The notes: generated by a model not told the origin, from the sequence alone. DNA of 64,000 nt from an uncultured Candidatus Saccharibacteria bacterium (GCA_964612415.1 CAZTCT010000001.1:455-64454), one strand, 5' to 3'. Numbered from the stretch's first letter, positions 28,579 to 37,976 are shown. Program-made: numbers and translations.

Positions 28579-30348
28579 TTAGAGTTTGATAGTGAAGTAA
28601 AACGTACTCCCTACCCCCTCTTCAGAAGCAACGCCCAAAACTCCTCCATGCGCCTCTACAATACCCTTGGCAATAACAAGGCCAAGTCCCGTACCCTTTT
28701 TCTCTTTACTGCGCGCTCCCGCTTCAAGCTGTTTAAACTTGTTAAACAAAGAGCCGATATCTTCTTTTTTGATACCAATTCCTGTATCGGTAACGCTTAC
28801 TACCAGCGCATCTGGATATCGCACAAATAATTTCTCCTTGTCGGTAATGCGGGACTGAATCCCTGCTTTCTTTATCTCGTCCTCAATATGATTTCCTTTC
28901 CTGTGCACAAATACATCTACATTGACCTTCCCCCCTTCTGGAGTAAATTTGATGGCATTGGCAAGAAGATTCGTCACCACTTGTGAGACCCGCCTTCCAT
29001 CAAACTGTGCCTTTTCTGGAGTATCTGGTGCAACAACGGAAGCAAGCACGAGTTTCGCCGCATGAGCAGATGACTCAAAAAGAGCAAGTCGATCTGAGAT
29101 CGTACTTCGTATATCCATGCTCTCTGGTCTTATCTCAAATTTGCCAGCCTCAATTTTTGCCACATCGAGGAGGTCCCCCACAAGTTCAAGCATCTCCCCT
29201 GCGCTATCGCGCATAAGGTCAATGTATTGAAGAAATGTTTTCTGATCCTGTCTGATGGTGTCATCTGTCTGCATCATTTCTCCCATTTTTTTGATCCCAT
29301 CAAGGGGGCTTCTTAATTCGTGCACCATCATGGATGTAAAATCTTCCCTCATTCGCTCTAGTTCCTTGTCGTGTGTAATGTCATGAAGAATAACCACTCC
29401 TCCCATTATTTCCTTTTGTCCCCCTTCACGATCATCTTTCACGGGAGAAACAAATATTTGAAAGACTCTATCTTGAATAAGGATGTCTGAGACAGTAATG
29501 ACTTTATCCAGCTTAACGCTTTCTTCTAATTTCCCACGAATATCAAACTTCCCACCAAGCTTATCTATAAGATCAAAAATTGAGGGGTCTTGGTCTTGGA
29601 GTTTAAGGGCTCTTCTCGCAGCAGGATTTACCACGAGCACTCGATATTCTTGGTCTGTCATGATTACGCCTTCGGCCATGCTCTCCACCATGGCATTGAG
29701 CTTTTTCTGCTCCGTGTGTACTACATCCTGCAATCTTGTGATCTCTTGGGAAGCCTGGTTGACCACTTTATAAAGAAGGGTCATTTCATCTTCCTTGTAG
29801 AGCCCGTCTCTCGTGTGAGCAACGGTAAGAATTCCCACGATTTTCTCACCGATCACCAAAGGAATATTGAAATAGGAGTTGACCGTTGTCGCGGCCGACT
29901 CAACCATAATAGACCCCGTGATTGTCTCTTCAATCTTGTAATTATCAAAGGTTTGATTGAGTAGGGCCGAAAGTGAGTGCAGCATCCGCGCCTTCACATC
30001 ATTTACAAAATCTTTTGACACAGGCCTGTCCAAATCAGCTTTAAAAAGGAGCCTGTCTTGATCAAACAACATGTAAGACGCAACACTGTACTCAATAAAC
30101 TGGTGCAGTGAGCCCACAATTATGTCCACAACTTTTTGGATATCGAGGGAATACCCCGCTCGTTCACCAATCTCCTTAAGGATAGCAAGCTCGTATACTC
30201 TTTTTTTAAGCTCTTTTTCGTGGACTGACTGCTTCTGTTCATGAGATTTACTTTTCCAATAAAAAAACCCTCCTAGGCAAAGTGATATGAGGGTGATGGC
30301 AATCAGGAGAAAATCCATTGTGTAGCAAAAGGTTAGTTCGCCCGCCAA
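28579..30348 (-). CDS. Sensor histidine kinase: N-terminal TM anchor, GAF/PAS-like sensor region, HisKA and HATPase_c.
   Basis: H-box MVHELRSPLDGI. N box and G boxes are present (NLLANAIKFT, DTGIGI, GTGLGLVIAKGIVEAHGG). Confidence 0.92.
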   Translation of the reverse strand: MAGELTFCYTMDFLLIAITLISLCLGGFFYWKSKSHEQKQSVHEKELKKRVYELAILKEIGERAGYSLDIQKVVDIIVGSLHQFIEYSVASYMLFDQDRLLFKADLDRPVSKDFVNDVKARMLHSLSALLNQTFDNYKIEETITGSIMVESAATTVNSYFNIPLVIGEKIVGILTVAHTRDGLYKEDEMTLLYKVVNQASQEITRLQDVVHTEQKKLNAMVESMAEGVIMTDQEYRVLVVNPAARRALKLQDQDPSIFDLIDKLGGKFDIRGKLEESVKLDKVITVSDILIQDRVFQIFVSPVKDDREGGQKEIMGGVVILHDITHDKELERMREDFTSMMVHELRSPLDGIKKMGEMMQTDDTIRQDQKTFLQYIDLMRDSAGEMLELVGDLLDVAKIEAGKFEIRPESMDIRSTISDRLALFESSAHAAKLVLASVVAPDTPEKAQFDGRRVSQVVTNLLANAIKFTPEGGKVNVDVFVHRKGNHIEDEIKKAGIQSRITDKEKLFVRYPDALVVSVTDTGIGIKKEDIGSLFNKFKQLEAGARSKEKKGTGLGLVIAKGIVEAHGGVLGVASEEGVGSTFYFTIKL

Positions 30349-30356
30349 GATGCACG

Positions 30357-30632
30357 TTATGTACGCAAGTTATGTTTTACAGAAGGATATTTTGTAAATA
30401 TAGGGCCAAGCGCATTCTTTACGATCTGTCCAGAAAGTTCAACATACTGATCAATTAATTTTTGCAGCGCAACTTGCGGGTCTCCTTTTATGTCAGTTAC
30501 AACACCATTTGAAGACACCTCAAGCTCAGGGACATTCTTGGCTTTAAGCACCGCAATCTCAGGCCCAAGTATTACTACCTGCTTTGCAATAACTTCTGAG
30601 ATAACTGCTTTGTATTGTTCTTTTTCAGGCAT
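30357..30632 (-). CDS. Hypothetical small cytoplasmic protein, first in the operon with the histidine kinase.
   Basis: 91 aa ORF starting 9 nt upstream of the kinase start. No recognisable motif. Confidence 0.45.
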   Translation of the reverse strand: MPEKEQYKAVISEVIAKQVVILGPEIAVLKAKNVPELEVSSNGVVTDIKGDPQVALQKLIDQYVELSGQIVKNALGPIFTKYPSVKHNLRT

Positions 30633-30634
30633 AC

Positions 30635-31051
30635 CTATTTACCATTAAGTGCTTTGAAAATGTGATTTCCTCCAATTGCCATTAACACATACCCTGCCAT
30701 AAAGAAGAAGTCGTGGGCCAATTTAAAATTTGTGGCGGTAACTGTCCCTGATACAAACGATACCGAACCAATAGTGAACGCAAGGAGCGCGAAAAACATG
30801 CCGCACGCCAAATAAAGAAAGGCTTTCCCAAACACTCCGCCTCTCATTTTGCGCGCATTCCAATACACAAGCCCGCTTGTGATAAACCCAAGCAAAAGCG
30901 CGCTCGCAACAGAATAGGAATTGAGAATGATAATTGTCTGGGAATCAACAACTATATCATTGAGAAACGCCCCCATCGCAGCAAAGGCAGGGACAGGAAT
31001 AAGAGCGAGCAAGACGAGTAGATATTTCATAGAAAGTTTATTCTCTTTCAT
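30635..31051 (-). CDS. Hypothetical 4-TM membrane protein, upstream in the same operon.
   Basis: 138 aa with four hydrophobic helices. Directly abuts the 91-aa gene. Confidence 0.5.
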   Translation of the reverse strand: MKENKLSMKYLLVLLALIPVPAFAAMGAFLNDIVVDSQTIIILNSYSVASALLLGFITSGLVYWNARKMRGGVFGKAFLYLACGMFFALLAFTIGSVSFVSGTVTATNFKLAHDFFFMAGYVLMAIGGNHIFKALNGK

Positions 31052-31103
31052 TTTATCACAGGTGTCATTTGAGGGTGTTCGTTATCCACACGAACACTCC
31101 CTT

Positions 31104-32426
31104 TTAGGGCGCAGGGTTTTGAAGTATTTCTTTTGTGATTTTCTTATACCCTTCAACGTCTGGCTGATCAAAAGCGTCAATATTCCAGAGATGACCAAGA
31201 TACATAACCTCTAGAATTTTTGTTTCCATATATGCACCTATTGAATACGCATCCGTTGCCGATAGGCCTGTTTCAGAGAAAGGTAGCCCCTCGTTTCGAT
31301 ATGTAGTAACCACTGCCCTATAGATCGCATTCATAATTTCTTTAAAAGACTTCCCGTTGATATTGGCGATCGGAATATTAAGGAAAGGTTCTTCTGGGAC
31401 ATGTACAGTGCCGGTGCTTTCGGCGTAAATAAACGAGGTGAACTTATCTTTAGGTCCTCCAATATAGAGCTGGCCAACAGAATGTAAGTCTGTAGACCCG
31501 ACAGAAACAATAGGCGTAATTCCTTCTCTTGTTTCTTCTCCGTTTTTATTCCGCCTCTTCCCAAGGCTCTCTCCGATAAGCTGCCTTTGCCATTTCCCAA
31601 CAGACTCAAGCTCCGAATTAAAGAAAAAAGCGTTGAGTATACTTGCCCCTTTGCTACGAGCAAGGGCGATCATGCTCGCATGTAACACTGTTGGATCATT
31701 TCTTGTATCTTCCCTAAAATAGGCTGCTTGTGTCTCCCGAGCACCGAGCAAAAGCTTAGGGACATCAACGCCGGCAAGCAAAAGGGGGAAAATACCAACC
31801 GCAGAAAATACAGAGTACCTCCCCCCAACTTGTTTTGGGATATACAAAACGCTGCATCCATGGGCGCGCGCCCTTCCATCTAAAGTGGAGCCTTCATCAG
31901 TCGTAACAACGATGCGATACTTTGCATCATCCTCAAAACGATCTTTGAGGTATCCATAGAGTGCCTCAAAACAAGCGATGGTTTCTGTAGTAAGCCCGGA
32001 CTTACTCACAATATTAACGAGAATCTCTTCGGGTGATGTAACAGACTCAATGTGCTTAATAATGCTTGCAAAAGATGTTTCATTCACTGTTTCCAAGAAG
32101 AGAAGTTCGGGGGTACGCTTTTTTAAGTGGAGTCGCTCAGCCAAAACCGCTTCATAAATTGCCTTTGTTCCAAGATTTGACCCCCCTATCCCAACTACAA
32201 TGACGTATTTAAGCTGCGAGCTTTGGTATGCGTAGGCAATACTCCGCACATGTTCAAAGTAAGAATCATCGTGCGGGAGAATAATCGCTGCCTCTTTTGC
32301 GCTATAATCTTTTGCAGCTACCACATGCCGCAAATGTTCCCTATATTCGTGGAGCTTCTCTGCTGTCGTACTTATTTCTTCCTGAGAAAAACCAGTGGCT
32401 CCGTCTTTATTAAAACGAAGTGACAT
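31104..32426 (-). CDS. pgi: Glucose-6-phosphate isomerase.
   Basis: PGI signatures VVGIGGSNLGTKAIYEA, GGRYSVFSAVGIFPLLLAG, and the SIS-domain C-terminus. Confidence 0.9.
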   Translation of the reverse strand: MSLRFNKDGATGFSQEEISTTAEKLHEYREHLRHVVAAKDYSAKEAAIILPHDDSYFEHVRSIAYAYQSSQLKYVIVVGIGGSNLGTKAIYEAVLAERLHLKKRTPELLFLETVNETSFASIIKHIESVTSPEEILVNIVSKSGLTTETIACFEALYGYLKDRFEDDAKYRIVVTTDEGSTLDGRARAHGCSVLYIPKQVGGRYSVFSAVGIFPLLLAGVDVPKLLLGARETQAAYFREDTRNDPTVLHASMIALARSKGASILNAFFFNSELESVGKWQRQLIGESLGKRRNKNGEETREGITPIVSVGSTDLHSVGQLYIGGPKDKFTSFIYAESTGTVHVPEEPFLNIPIANINGKSFKEIMNAIYRAVVTTYRNEGLPFSETGLSATDAYSIGAYMETKILEVMYLGHLWNIDAFDQPDVEGYKKITKEILQNPAP

Positions 32427-32462
32427 ATAAATATTTATCCTTAGTGTATCACGAAGACATGT

Positions 32463-32921
32463 TTAATACAGTGTAATGTCCTCAAACACAGGCGCTCCAG
32501 AAATACTCAAAGCTGGCATATCTCGTGAAATAGCAAATTTCCTATTGCCATCATCGGCGTAGATGATTAACCTAACGCTTTGACCTTTAAAAGGTTGGCT
32601 ATCCAGAGCAATAGAAATATTATTATGCGCTCCCGCTGACAGATAGTCACTCACCCCCAAAACTTCCCCGGGAATACCTTTTTCAATTTCCATTACAACA
32701 ACAAAACCAGGGCGCACAAGGGATGCGTGCAGAACAGACACATTCTCTCCCGCCCCCTGTACTCCCGCAAAAATAGTATTCGCTTCCGTTTCCGCTTCAC
32801 CCACAGAGCTGTTGTCAAAAATAAAGGTGTGCCTTTCTGTCTTCCCAAAAACCAACCATCCCCCCAGAGAAACAGCAGCTACCACGACCAGAGACATAAG
32901 AATCTTCCGTTTCATCTTCAA
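32463..32921 (-). CDS. Hypothetical secreted protein.
   Basis: 152 aa with an N-terminal signal/TM segment (ILMSLVVVAAVSLGGWLVFG). No recognisable motif. Confidence 0.45.
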   Translation of the reverse strand: MKMKRKILMSLVVVAAVSLGGWLVFGKTERHTFIFDNSSVGEAETEANTIFAGVQGAGENVSVLHASLVRPGFVVVMEIEKGIPGEVLGVSDYLSAGAHNNISIALDSQPFKGQSVRLIIYADDGNRKFAISRDMPALSISGAPVFEDITLY

Positions 32922-33913
32922 TGTTTAAGCTTAAGCATGCGTAGAATGTGGTCCGCTACTCGTATCGGCATAGCGAGCATATTTTGCGCGAAATTTTTAA
33001 GTGGTGACATACTAGTGGGAGACGAGTCTTGCAACAAGTCGTCAACGGAAATCATCCCATTTTCACTAAGGGCTTCCAAGACGCAACTTTCTACCGCGGT
33101 ACGGAGTTCATCCGTAGAAATTATCCCTTCAACAACGTCCTCTTCTGCTCTCTCGCCAAGTCGCTCTTTCAAACAGAGAGCTGTCTCCTCTGGAAAACTT
33201 GCAAAATGAAATACCTCTGGCGCCACAACCGCATCAGGTGGAAGAGCACTTTCCCCAGCACCACCGCCAGCCTCAGGGACAGGAATTGTTTCAGAGATCG
33301 TGTCGCTTACCTGTAGCTCTTCGCCAGTTTTTTTGATTGACTCATTCATGTCTGCGGTAGTGGTCGCCTCAATATTTTCATTTAGCACATTTGCCACTGT
33401 GCCACGAGAAATCATCGCGAAGCCAACACACTCACTTACATGCTCGGGCATAAGACAATACGACAGACAAGAATCTTTTGAGGAGCAACCTCCTGGGAGC
33501 TCCCCGCCTGTCTTAAGGTAGCCGAGGACTCTTTTTGCTGCATCAACAATCTGAGTGTTTAGATTAAGCTCTGCAGCAAAAGAAAGGCATTCTTCTATAT
33601 GACCTATATTGTCGCAATACAAGATGCATTCTTTGGTACTTGCGCACGCTCCAGGCGTTTCACTTGAGAGTATCGCTTGAGAAAACTGCTTCGCCACCAC
33701 CACACTCTTGTCGGTAATAATTCCTTGCTTCTCTGCAAAGTCAGCACACGCCGGAATATTAACAGGTAGGTCACAGTACACACGACACTCTTCTTTATTT
33801 GTACACCCACCAAGCTCTTGTATAGGAAAAGAAAAATGCTCTTGCGCAGAAACAAAAAGAGGAAAGAAGGAGATGGCAAAAAAGAGGGCTATTTTAAAGA
33901 AATCGGTTCTCAT
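32918..33913 (-). CDS. Secreted protein with three tandem Cys-rich repeats (C-x5-C-x3-C-x8-C) and an acidic C-terminal region.
   Basis: Signal peptide MRTDFFKIALFFAISFFPLFVSAQE. Repeats are GGCTNKEECRVYCDLPVNIPACADFA, GACASTKECILYCDNIGHIEECLSFA and GGCSSKDSCLSYCLMPEHVSECVGFA. Confidence 0.6.
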   Translation of the reverse strand: MRTDFFKIALFFAISFFPLFVSAQEHFSFPIQELGGCTNKEECRVYCDLPVNIPACADFAEKQGIITDKSVVVAKQFSQAILSSETPGACASTKECILYCDNIGHIEECLSFAAELNLNTQIVDAAKRVLGYLKTGGELPGGCSSKDSCLSYCLMPEHVSECVGFAMISRGTVANVLNENIEATTTADMNESIKKTGEELQVSDTISETIPVPEAGGGAGESALPPDAVVAPEVFHFASFPEETALCLKERLGERAEEDVVEGIISTDELRTAVESCVLEALSENGMISVDDLLQDSSPTSMSPLKNFAQNMLAMPIRVADHILRMLKLKH

Positions 33914-33915
33914 GA

Positions 33916-34233
33916 TTATTCAAATGGGTTTGTGTAAACCCCAGAAAGAGGATTGATCGTCGGGGTTAAAAAGGACGCTACCTCCTCTTTGCTATCCTTC
34001 ATACTAGGAGACTCTTCTTCTTTGGGAGAAACCTCTTCACTTTGAATAGTATCTGTGGGGGTATTCTCTTCTTGAGTTTTGGTTGCCACAGAAAGTACTG
34101 GATCAGGCTCATCATACTCAACCGAAAGTGGTGTCACGTCAGAGAGAAACCACATCACTGCCGCGCAAAGCGCGATGAATAAAATAGAGACAAGAAAAAC
34201 GAGCAGTGTATTGCCTTTTGAATGTACGTTCAT
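33916..34233 (-). CDS. Hypothetical membrane-anchored protein with an acidic ectodomain.
   Basis: 105 aa. TM helix LLVFLVSILFIALCAAVMWFL followed by a Glu/Ser/Pro-rich tail. Confidence 0.45.
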   Translation of the reverse strand: MNVHSKGNTLLVFLVSILFIALCAAVMWFLSDVTPLSVEYDEPDPVLSVATKTQEENTPTDTIQSEEVSPKEEESPSMKDSKEEVASFLTPTINPLSGVYTNPFE

Positions 34234-34294
34234 AAGGTACTTGTTCTCTAATTATAGTAGAAAAATATTTTGTTGTCCTGTCTGCCTTCTACTT

Positions 34295-34732
34295 TTACAC
34301 AAAAAGAATTGCTCCAACCACGACAAGGAGCGCTCCCAGCCCGGTTTTCCACGTTAATGATTCTCCTAAAAAAAGGATGGATAAGGCCAAAATAAACATT
34401 ATGCTCGTTTTATCAACAGCAGCAACGGCTGACGCATTTCCTACTTTAAGAGCAGCAAAATAAAATGCCCATGACAATGCCCCTGAAATACCGGCAAGTA
34501 CAATAAAAAGGAATGGTTTACCTGATAAAGCGGCAGGATCGTAAATCCGAAACGCAAAACAAGCACCTATTAAAACAATGGTGATGATGACGGAGCGAAC
34601 CATTGCCGCAAAAGTACTATCAATACCAGACACTCCAATCTTGCCAAAAACAGCAACGAGGGCTGCAAAAAACGCAGAACAAATAGCATATATAATCCAG
34701 GTGCTCATTTTATTGATGTTTCTTGAAAGCAA
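34295..34732 (-). CDS. EamA-like (DMT superfamily) small transporter.
   Basis: 145 aa, 4-5 TM helices, EamA-like pattern (...AALSGKPFLFIVLAGISGALSWAFYFAALKVGNASAVAAVDKTSIMF...). Confidence 0.55.
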   Translation of the reverse strand: MLSRNINKMSTWIIYAICSAFFAALVAVFGKIGVSGIDSTFAAMVRSVIITIVLIGACFAFRIYDPAALSGKPFLFIVLAGISGALSWAFYFAALKVGNASAVAAVDKTSIMFILALSILFLGESLTWKTGLGALLVVVGAILFV

Positions 34733-35135
34733 ACGAAAGGCTTGTGTATCCTAGGAATGTGGTAACAATTACTCCTAATATATTGAGCCAATATGGAATA
34801 GCAAATCCCCCAACAGAAAAGGAGAGTCCAAATAATACACGCAGAAGGTGCATGGCTGCTACAAGAAAAAACACACAACCAGCGATTATGAAAAAAGTGT
34901 GCTGTGGGTGTTTAAGAGGAAGAGATATTTTCCATCCATAATGAATAAGAAATACAAAAAGTATAAAATCAACGGTCAACCACGCATACACTGGCGGAGG
35001 AGTAAAAACTATTCCTAGAAACGGGAAAGCGTAGACGCCTTGAGTGAGCACCCAGAATCCCACGATTATGTCTGCAGCAATAACGCCTGCAAAAAATTTT
35101 GAAAGTTCGCGAAGTACATAGTGGTCTTTTTTCAT
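34710..35135 (-). CDS. Hypothetical polytopic membrane protein.
   Basis: About 140 aa. Start taken at MKKDHYVL to avoid overlapping the MazG-like gene. Confidence 0.4.
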   Translation of the reverse strand: MKKDHYVLRELSKFFAGVIAADIIVGFWVLTQGVYAFPFLGIVFTPPPVYAWLTVDFILFVFLIHYGWKISLPLKHPQHTFFIIAGCVFFLVAAMHLLRVLFGLSFSVGGFAIPYWLNILGVIVTTFLGYTSLSFAFKKHQ

Positions 35136-35143
35136 ACCATTTA

Positions 35144-35455
35144 TTAGTCTTTTTTCTCCCATCGATCCTTGTCACGCCCATAACATTTGTCCATTGTTCG
35201 CTCAAAACCCTTATCAAGGTCTAAGTCCAACGAGTTCGCGAGGCAACACAGCGTGAAAACAATATCCGCCATTTCATCCTCAAGATCTTTTGTGTCTTCA
35301 CTGTCTTTCTTTTTCTTGGGACCAAATCGATGATTGAGTTCTCGAGCAAGTTCGCCCGTCTCCTCTGTGAGGCGAGCTAATATTTCGAGGGGTTTCCAAT
35401 ACCCCATTTTATACTGTTTAACCCATTCATCTACTTCTCTCTGACGTTCCTTCAT
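35144..35455 (-). CDS. MazG-like nucleoside triphosphate pyrophosphohydrolase.
   Basis: EILARLTEETGELARE...LEDEMADIVFTLCCLANSLDLDLDKGFERTMDKCYGRDKDRW is a MazG/NTP-PPase helix bundle with the EExxE motif. Confidence 0.75.
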   Translation of the reverse strand: MKERQREVDEWVKQYKMGYWKPLEILARLTEETGELARELNHRFGPKKKKDSEDTKDLEDEMADIVFTLCCLANSLDLDLDKGFERTMDKCYGRDKDRWEKKD

Positions 35456-35462
35456 GGCACTT

Positions 35463-35954
35463 TTATTGTACTCCTTGAGGCAAATATTGTCTTCCTAGAG
35501 GAAACTCTGTGTCAGAGGCTGTCAAAAGCCATTGTTTAAAATCACCATCCTCACTTTTCCAGCGAGAGGCAAAGTCAATGAGCGTCATTTTGAATTGCGG
35601 ACCGTTCCAAGGATCATTGAGAACTACGTGCTCATCTCCCACATCTACCACGACAGCATAATGCCCCTCATCCGATGAGGGTTCAATAAAGTGCACAATT
35701 GCGGGATACCCGAGCGCGACAAAATATCGAAGCTCATCTGTTGTTGACTCTGTATTCACATACACATATAGCCCATTCTCACGGATTGTATCAATAATTG
35801 GTCCATGCTTTGTGCCTGTGCTCTTTCTTGTATGAAGAATTTGAATGAGATCCTCTTCGCTAAGTATCTTGCCATAAAACCGCAATATCATTTGGACAAC
35901 AGAAGGTCCGCATGAGTACCCTGTATCTTGTTTAAAAAAAGGAACATTGATCAT
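35463..35954 (-). CDS. Stand-alone peptidase C39-like domain protein (papain-like Cys/His/Asp), paralog 1.
   Basis: N-terminal PFFKQDTGYSCGPSVVQMIL has the C39 catalytic Cys context. GHYAVVVDVGDEHVVLNDPW has the His and Asp. No signal peptide and no ABC transporter domain. Confidence 0.7.
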   Translation of the reverse strand: MINVPFFKQDTGYSCGPSVVQMILRFYGKILSEEDLIQILHTRKSTGTKHGPIIDTIRENGLYVYVNTESTTDELRYFVALGYPAIVHFIEPSSDEGHYAVVVDVGDEHVVLNDPWNGPQFKMTLIDFASRWKSEDGDFKQWLLTASDTEFPLGRQYLPQGVQ

Positions 35955-35955
35955 G

Positions 35956-36522
35956 TTAGTGTCCTCCTCCTGAAAAAATTATCGAGCTCGGCCCGGCTTC
36001 AAAATTATAGTCTGCATTATGCATGTTTTGATCCCCTCCCATGCATGTTGCTTTTGTAAGTTGTGGCTGTGGAGTTTCAAACTTATTTATTGAAAGAACA
36101 GCTCTGTACTGATTTTCATTATTCACATCACACGTGGGAGTAGCCTGACACACAGATGTATTCATACAGTGCTCAGGATCATATGCATAAAAATACGTTA
36201 CTCCATCATACAATGGATCCTTCGGGACACGCGGCAAATATGGAGCGAGCGCCGCATCAATATTTCCGCCAACTCCTATTTTTTCTCCATACCCAGGAAC
36301 TCCTCCATATGGGGCAGGAGCCGGCACTTCTCCATCATGATCACTTTGAAAGAGCGCGATAGCAGTTGCAATGGCCTTAATATCAGAGAGCCTTTGCGCA
36401 TCTCGTGCTTTGGCGCGAGCAGCGTTCAGTGACCCAACAATAACGGTTGCCAATACACCGATAATCGCGATGACAATAAGAAGTTCAATAAGCGTAAACC
36501 CTTTTCCTTTTTTTGTATTCAT
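35956..36522 (-). CDS. Type IV pilin/pseudopilin.
   Basis: Class III prepilin signal MNTKKGKG|FTLIELLIVIAIIGVLA, with Gly at -1, Phe at +1 and Glu at +5. Globular C-terminal domain with Cys pairs. Confidence 0.9.
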   Translation of the reverse strand: MNTKKGKGFTLIELLIVIAIIGVLATVIVGSLNAARAKARDAQRLSDIKAIATAIALFQSDHDGEVPAPAPYGGVPGYGEKIGVGGNIDAALAPYLPRVPKDPLYDGVTYFYAYDPEHCMNTSVCQATPTCDVNNENQYRAVLSINKFETPQPQLTKATCMGGDQNMHNADYNFEAGPSSIIFSGGGH

Positions 36523-36563
36523 TTTCCTGCCAGTAAACCGTTAAAATAAGTGTACAGGATATT

Positions 36564-37049
36564 TTACTTCTCATCCACATCAAAAAGTTCACCCTCTATT
36601 GGTTTATTAGAAATGGCCAAAAGCCACTGTTTATGGGGCATGTATTTACTCTGCCATCGCCTCACAAACTCATCCAGTGGAAGTGTAAAGCCGGGACCAA
36701 ACCAAGGATCTTGAAGAACAATCTTGCCAGCGCTTATGTCTACAGCAACAGCGTAGTGTCCCTCATCCTCTTCTGGTTCAAGATAATCAATTATGACTGG
36801 AACTCCTTGTTTAATAAATTTTTTAATCTCCCTTGTTGTAGTATTCTCATTCACATATGTGAAGAAACCATGATGTTGCGCTGTTGTCACAAGCTCATGG
36901 TTAGCAGCGCCTGTTTCCTTGCTTACACTTAACACATGTGAGATCTCCTCTTCTGTAAGCTCGACTCCATAAAATTCAAGTACCATCCTGATAGACGCAA
37001 GGGCACAGGTGTGATCTTTCTCTTGTTTCCGAAATGGTACTGTAATCAT
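36564..37049 (-). CDS. Stand-alone peptidase C39-like domain protein, paralog 2.
   Basis: PFRKQEKDHTCALASIRMVLEFYG...GHYAVAVDISAGKIVLQDPW has the same Cys/His/Asp layout as the 35463 gene, with roughly 40% identity judged by eye. Confidence 0.7.
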   Translation of the reverse strand: MITVPFRKQEKDHTCALASIRMVLEFYGVELTEEEISHVLSVSKETGAANHELVTTAQHHGFFTYVNENTTTREIKKFIKQGVPVIIDYLEPEEDEGHYAVAVDISAGKIVLQDPWFGPGFTLPLDEFVRRWQSKYMPHKQWLLAISNKPIEGELFDVDEK

Positions 37050-37067
37050 ATATATAACGAGGGTGTC

Positions 37068-37976
37068 CTAAAAAATAGACGGGGTGTTGGCTGGCCCAAA
37101 AGACACCAAGAGACTGAATATCATCAAAACAAGGATAGAAAAAAGAAACATTCTTCGTGCCCACTGCCGTTCTTCTGAACCGTTAACCTTTTTAAGGGAA
37201 AGATAAAGCCACCCCACCACAAGCGGAATAATAATGGAAAAATATAGTGTCCCCACATAACCTACAGCAAACAAGAGTGTTGCAAGGGCAGCAAACACAA
37301 TAATGTATAGGCGAATGTGTACTTTTGTATGTGCAATTCCTTTCACGACGGGGAGCACTGGCACCCCAGCCGCTTGGTAATCTCCGAGGCGATAGATGGC
37401 AATGGCATAAGAATGCGGCATCTGCCAAACACATAAAATAAGAAAAAGAAGCAGTGCGCCAAGATCAAAATACCCAGTAACCGCACAGTACCCCGCCACG
37501 GGCGGCACCGCACCAGATACACTCCCAATGAGTGTCCCATAGACTGTCTGTCTCTTCCCCCACATGCTATACACGATCACATAAAAGAATGCTCCGACTG
37601 CGGCGATAAACACTGCGAGCATATTTGTAAAAAAGAAAAGGAGAGAAAACCCGAGCACCCCAAGAACGCCGCCATATACAAGGGCGTGCCGAGGAGGTAT
37701 AAGCCCCGATACAAGTACGCGAGATTTTGTTCTCTCCATGAGCGCATCAATGTCCCTGTCGATGTAATTATTGAAGACACACCCAGCTGCCATTACAAAA
37801 GATACTCCAAAGACTGTGGCAACAAGAAGCCGCAGATCAATGCGCCCTCCCGCAGCAAGCAAGAACCCCGCAAGAATAGTGACGACGTTCCCGTAAATAA
37901 TCCCCGGTTTTACAAGTGAGTAATAATGCTTAAGCAAGATAGTTCTTAATTTAAAATCCGCCTGCCTGATTTTCAA
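37068..37976 (-). CDS. cyoE: Protoheme IX farnesyltransferase (heme O synthase).
   Basis: UbiA-family motifs NNYIDRDIDALMERTKSRVLV, plus 8-9 TM helices. Confidence 0.9.
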   Translation of the reverse strand: MKIRQADFKLRTILLKHYYSLVKPGIIYGNVVTILAGFLLAAGGRIDLRLLVATVFGVSFVMAAGCVFNNYIDRDIDALMERTKSRVLVSGLIPPRHALVYGGVLGVLGFSLLFFFTNMLAVFIAAVGAFFYVIVYSMWGKRQTVYGTLIGSVSGAVPPVAGYCAVTGYFDLGALLLFLILCVWQMPHSYAIAIYRLGDYQAAGVPVLPVVKGIAHTKVHIRLYIIVFAALATLLFAVGYVGTLYFSIIIPLVVGWLYLSLKKVNGSEERQWARRMFLFSILVLMIFSLLVSFGPANTPSIF

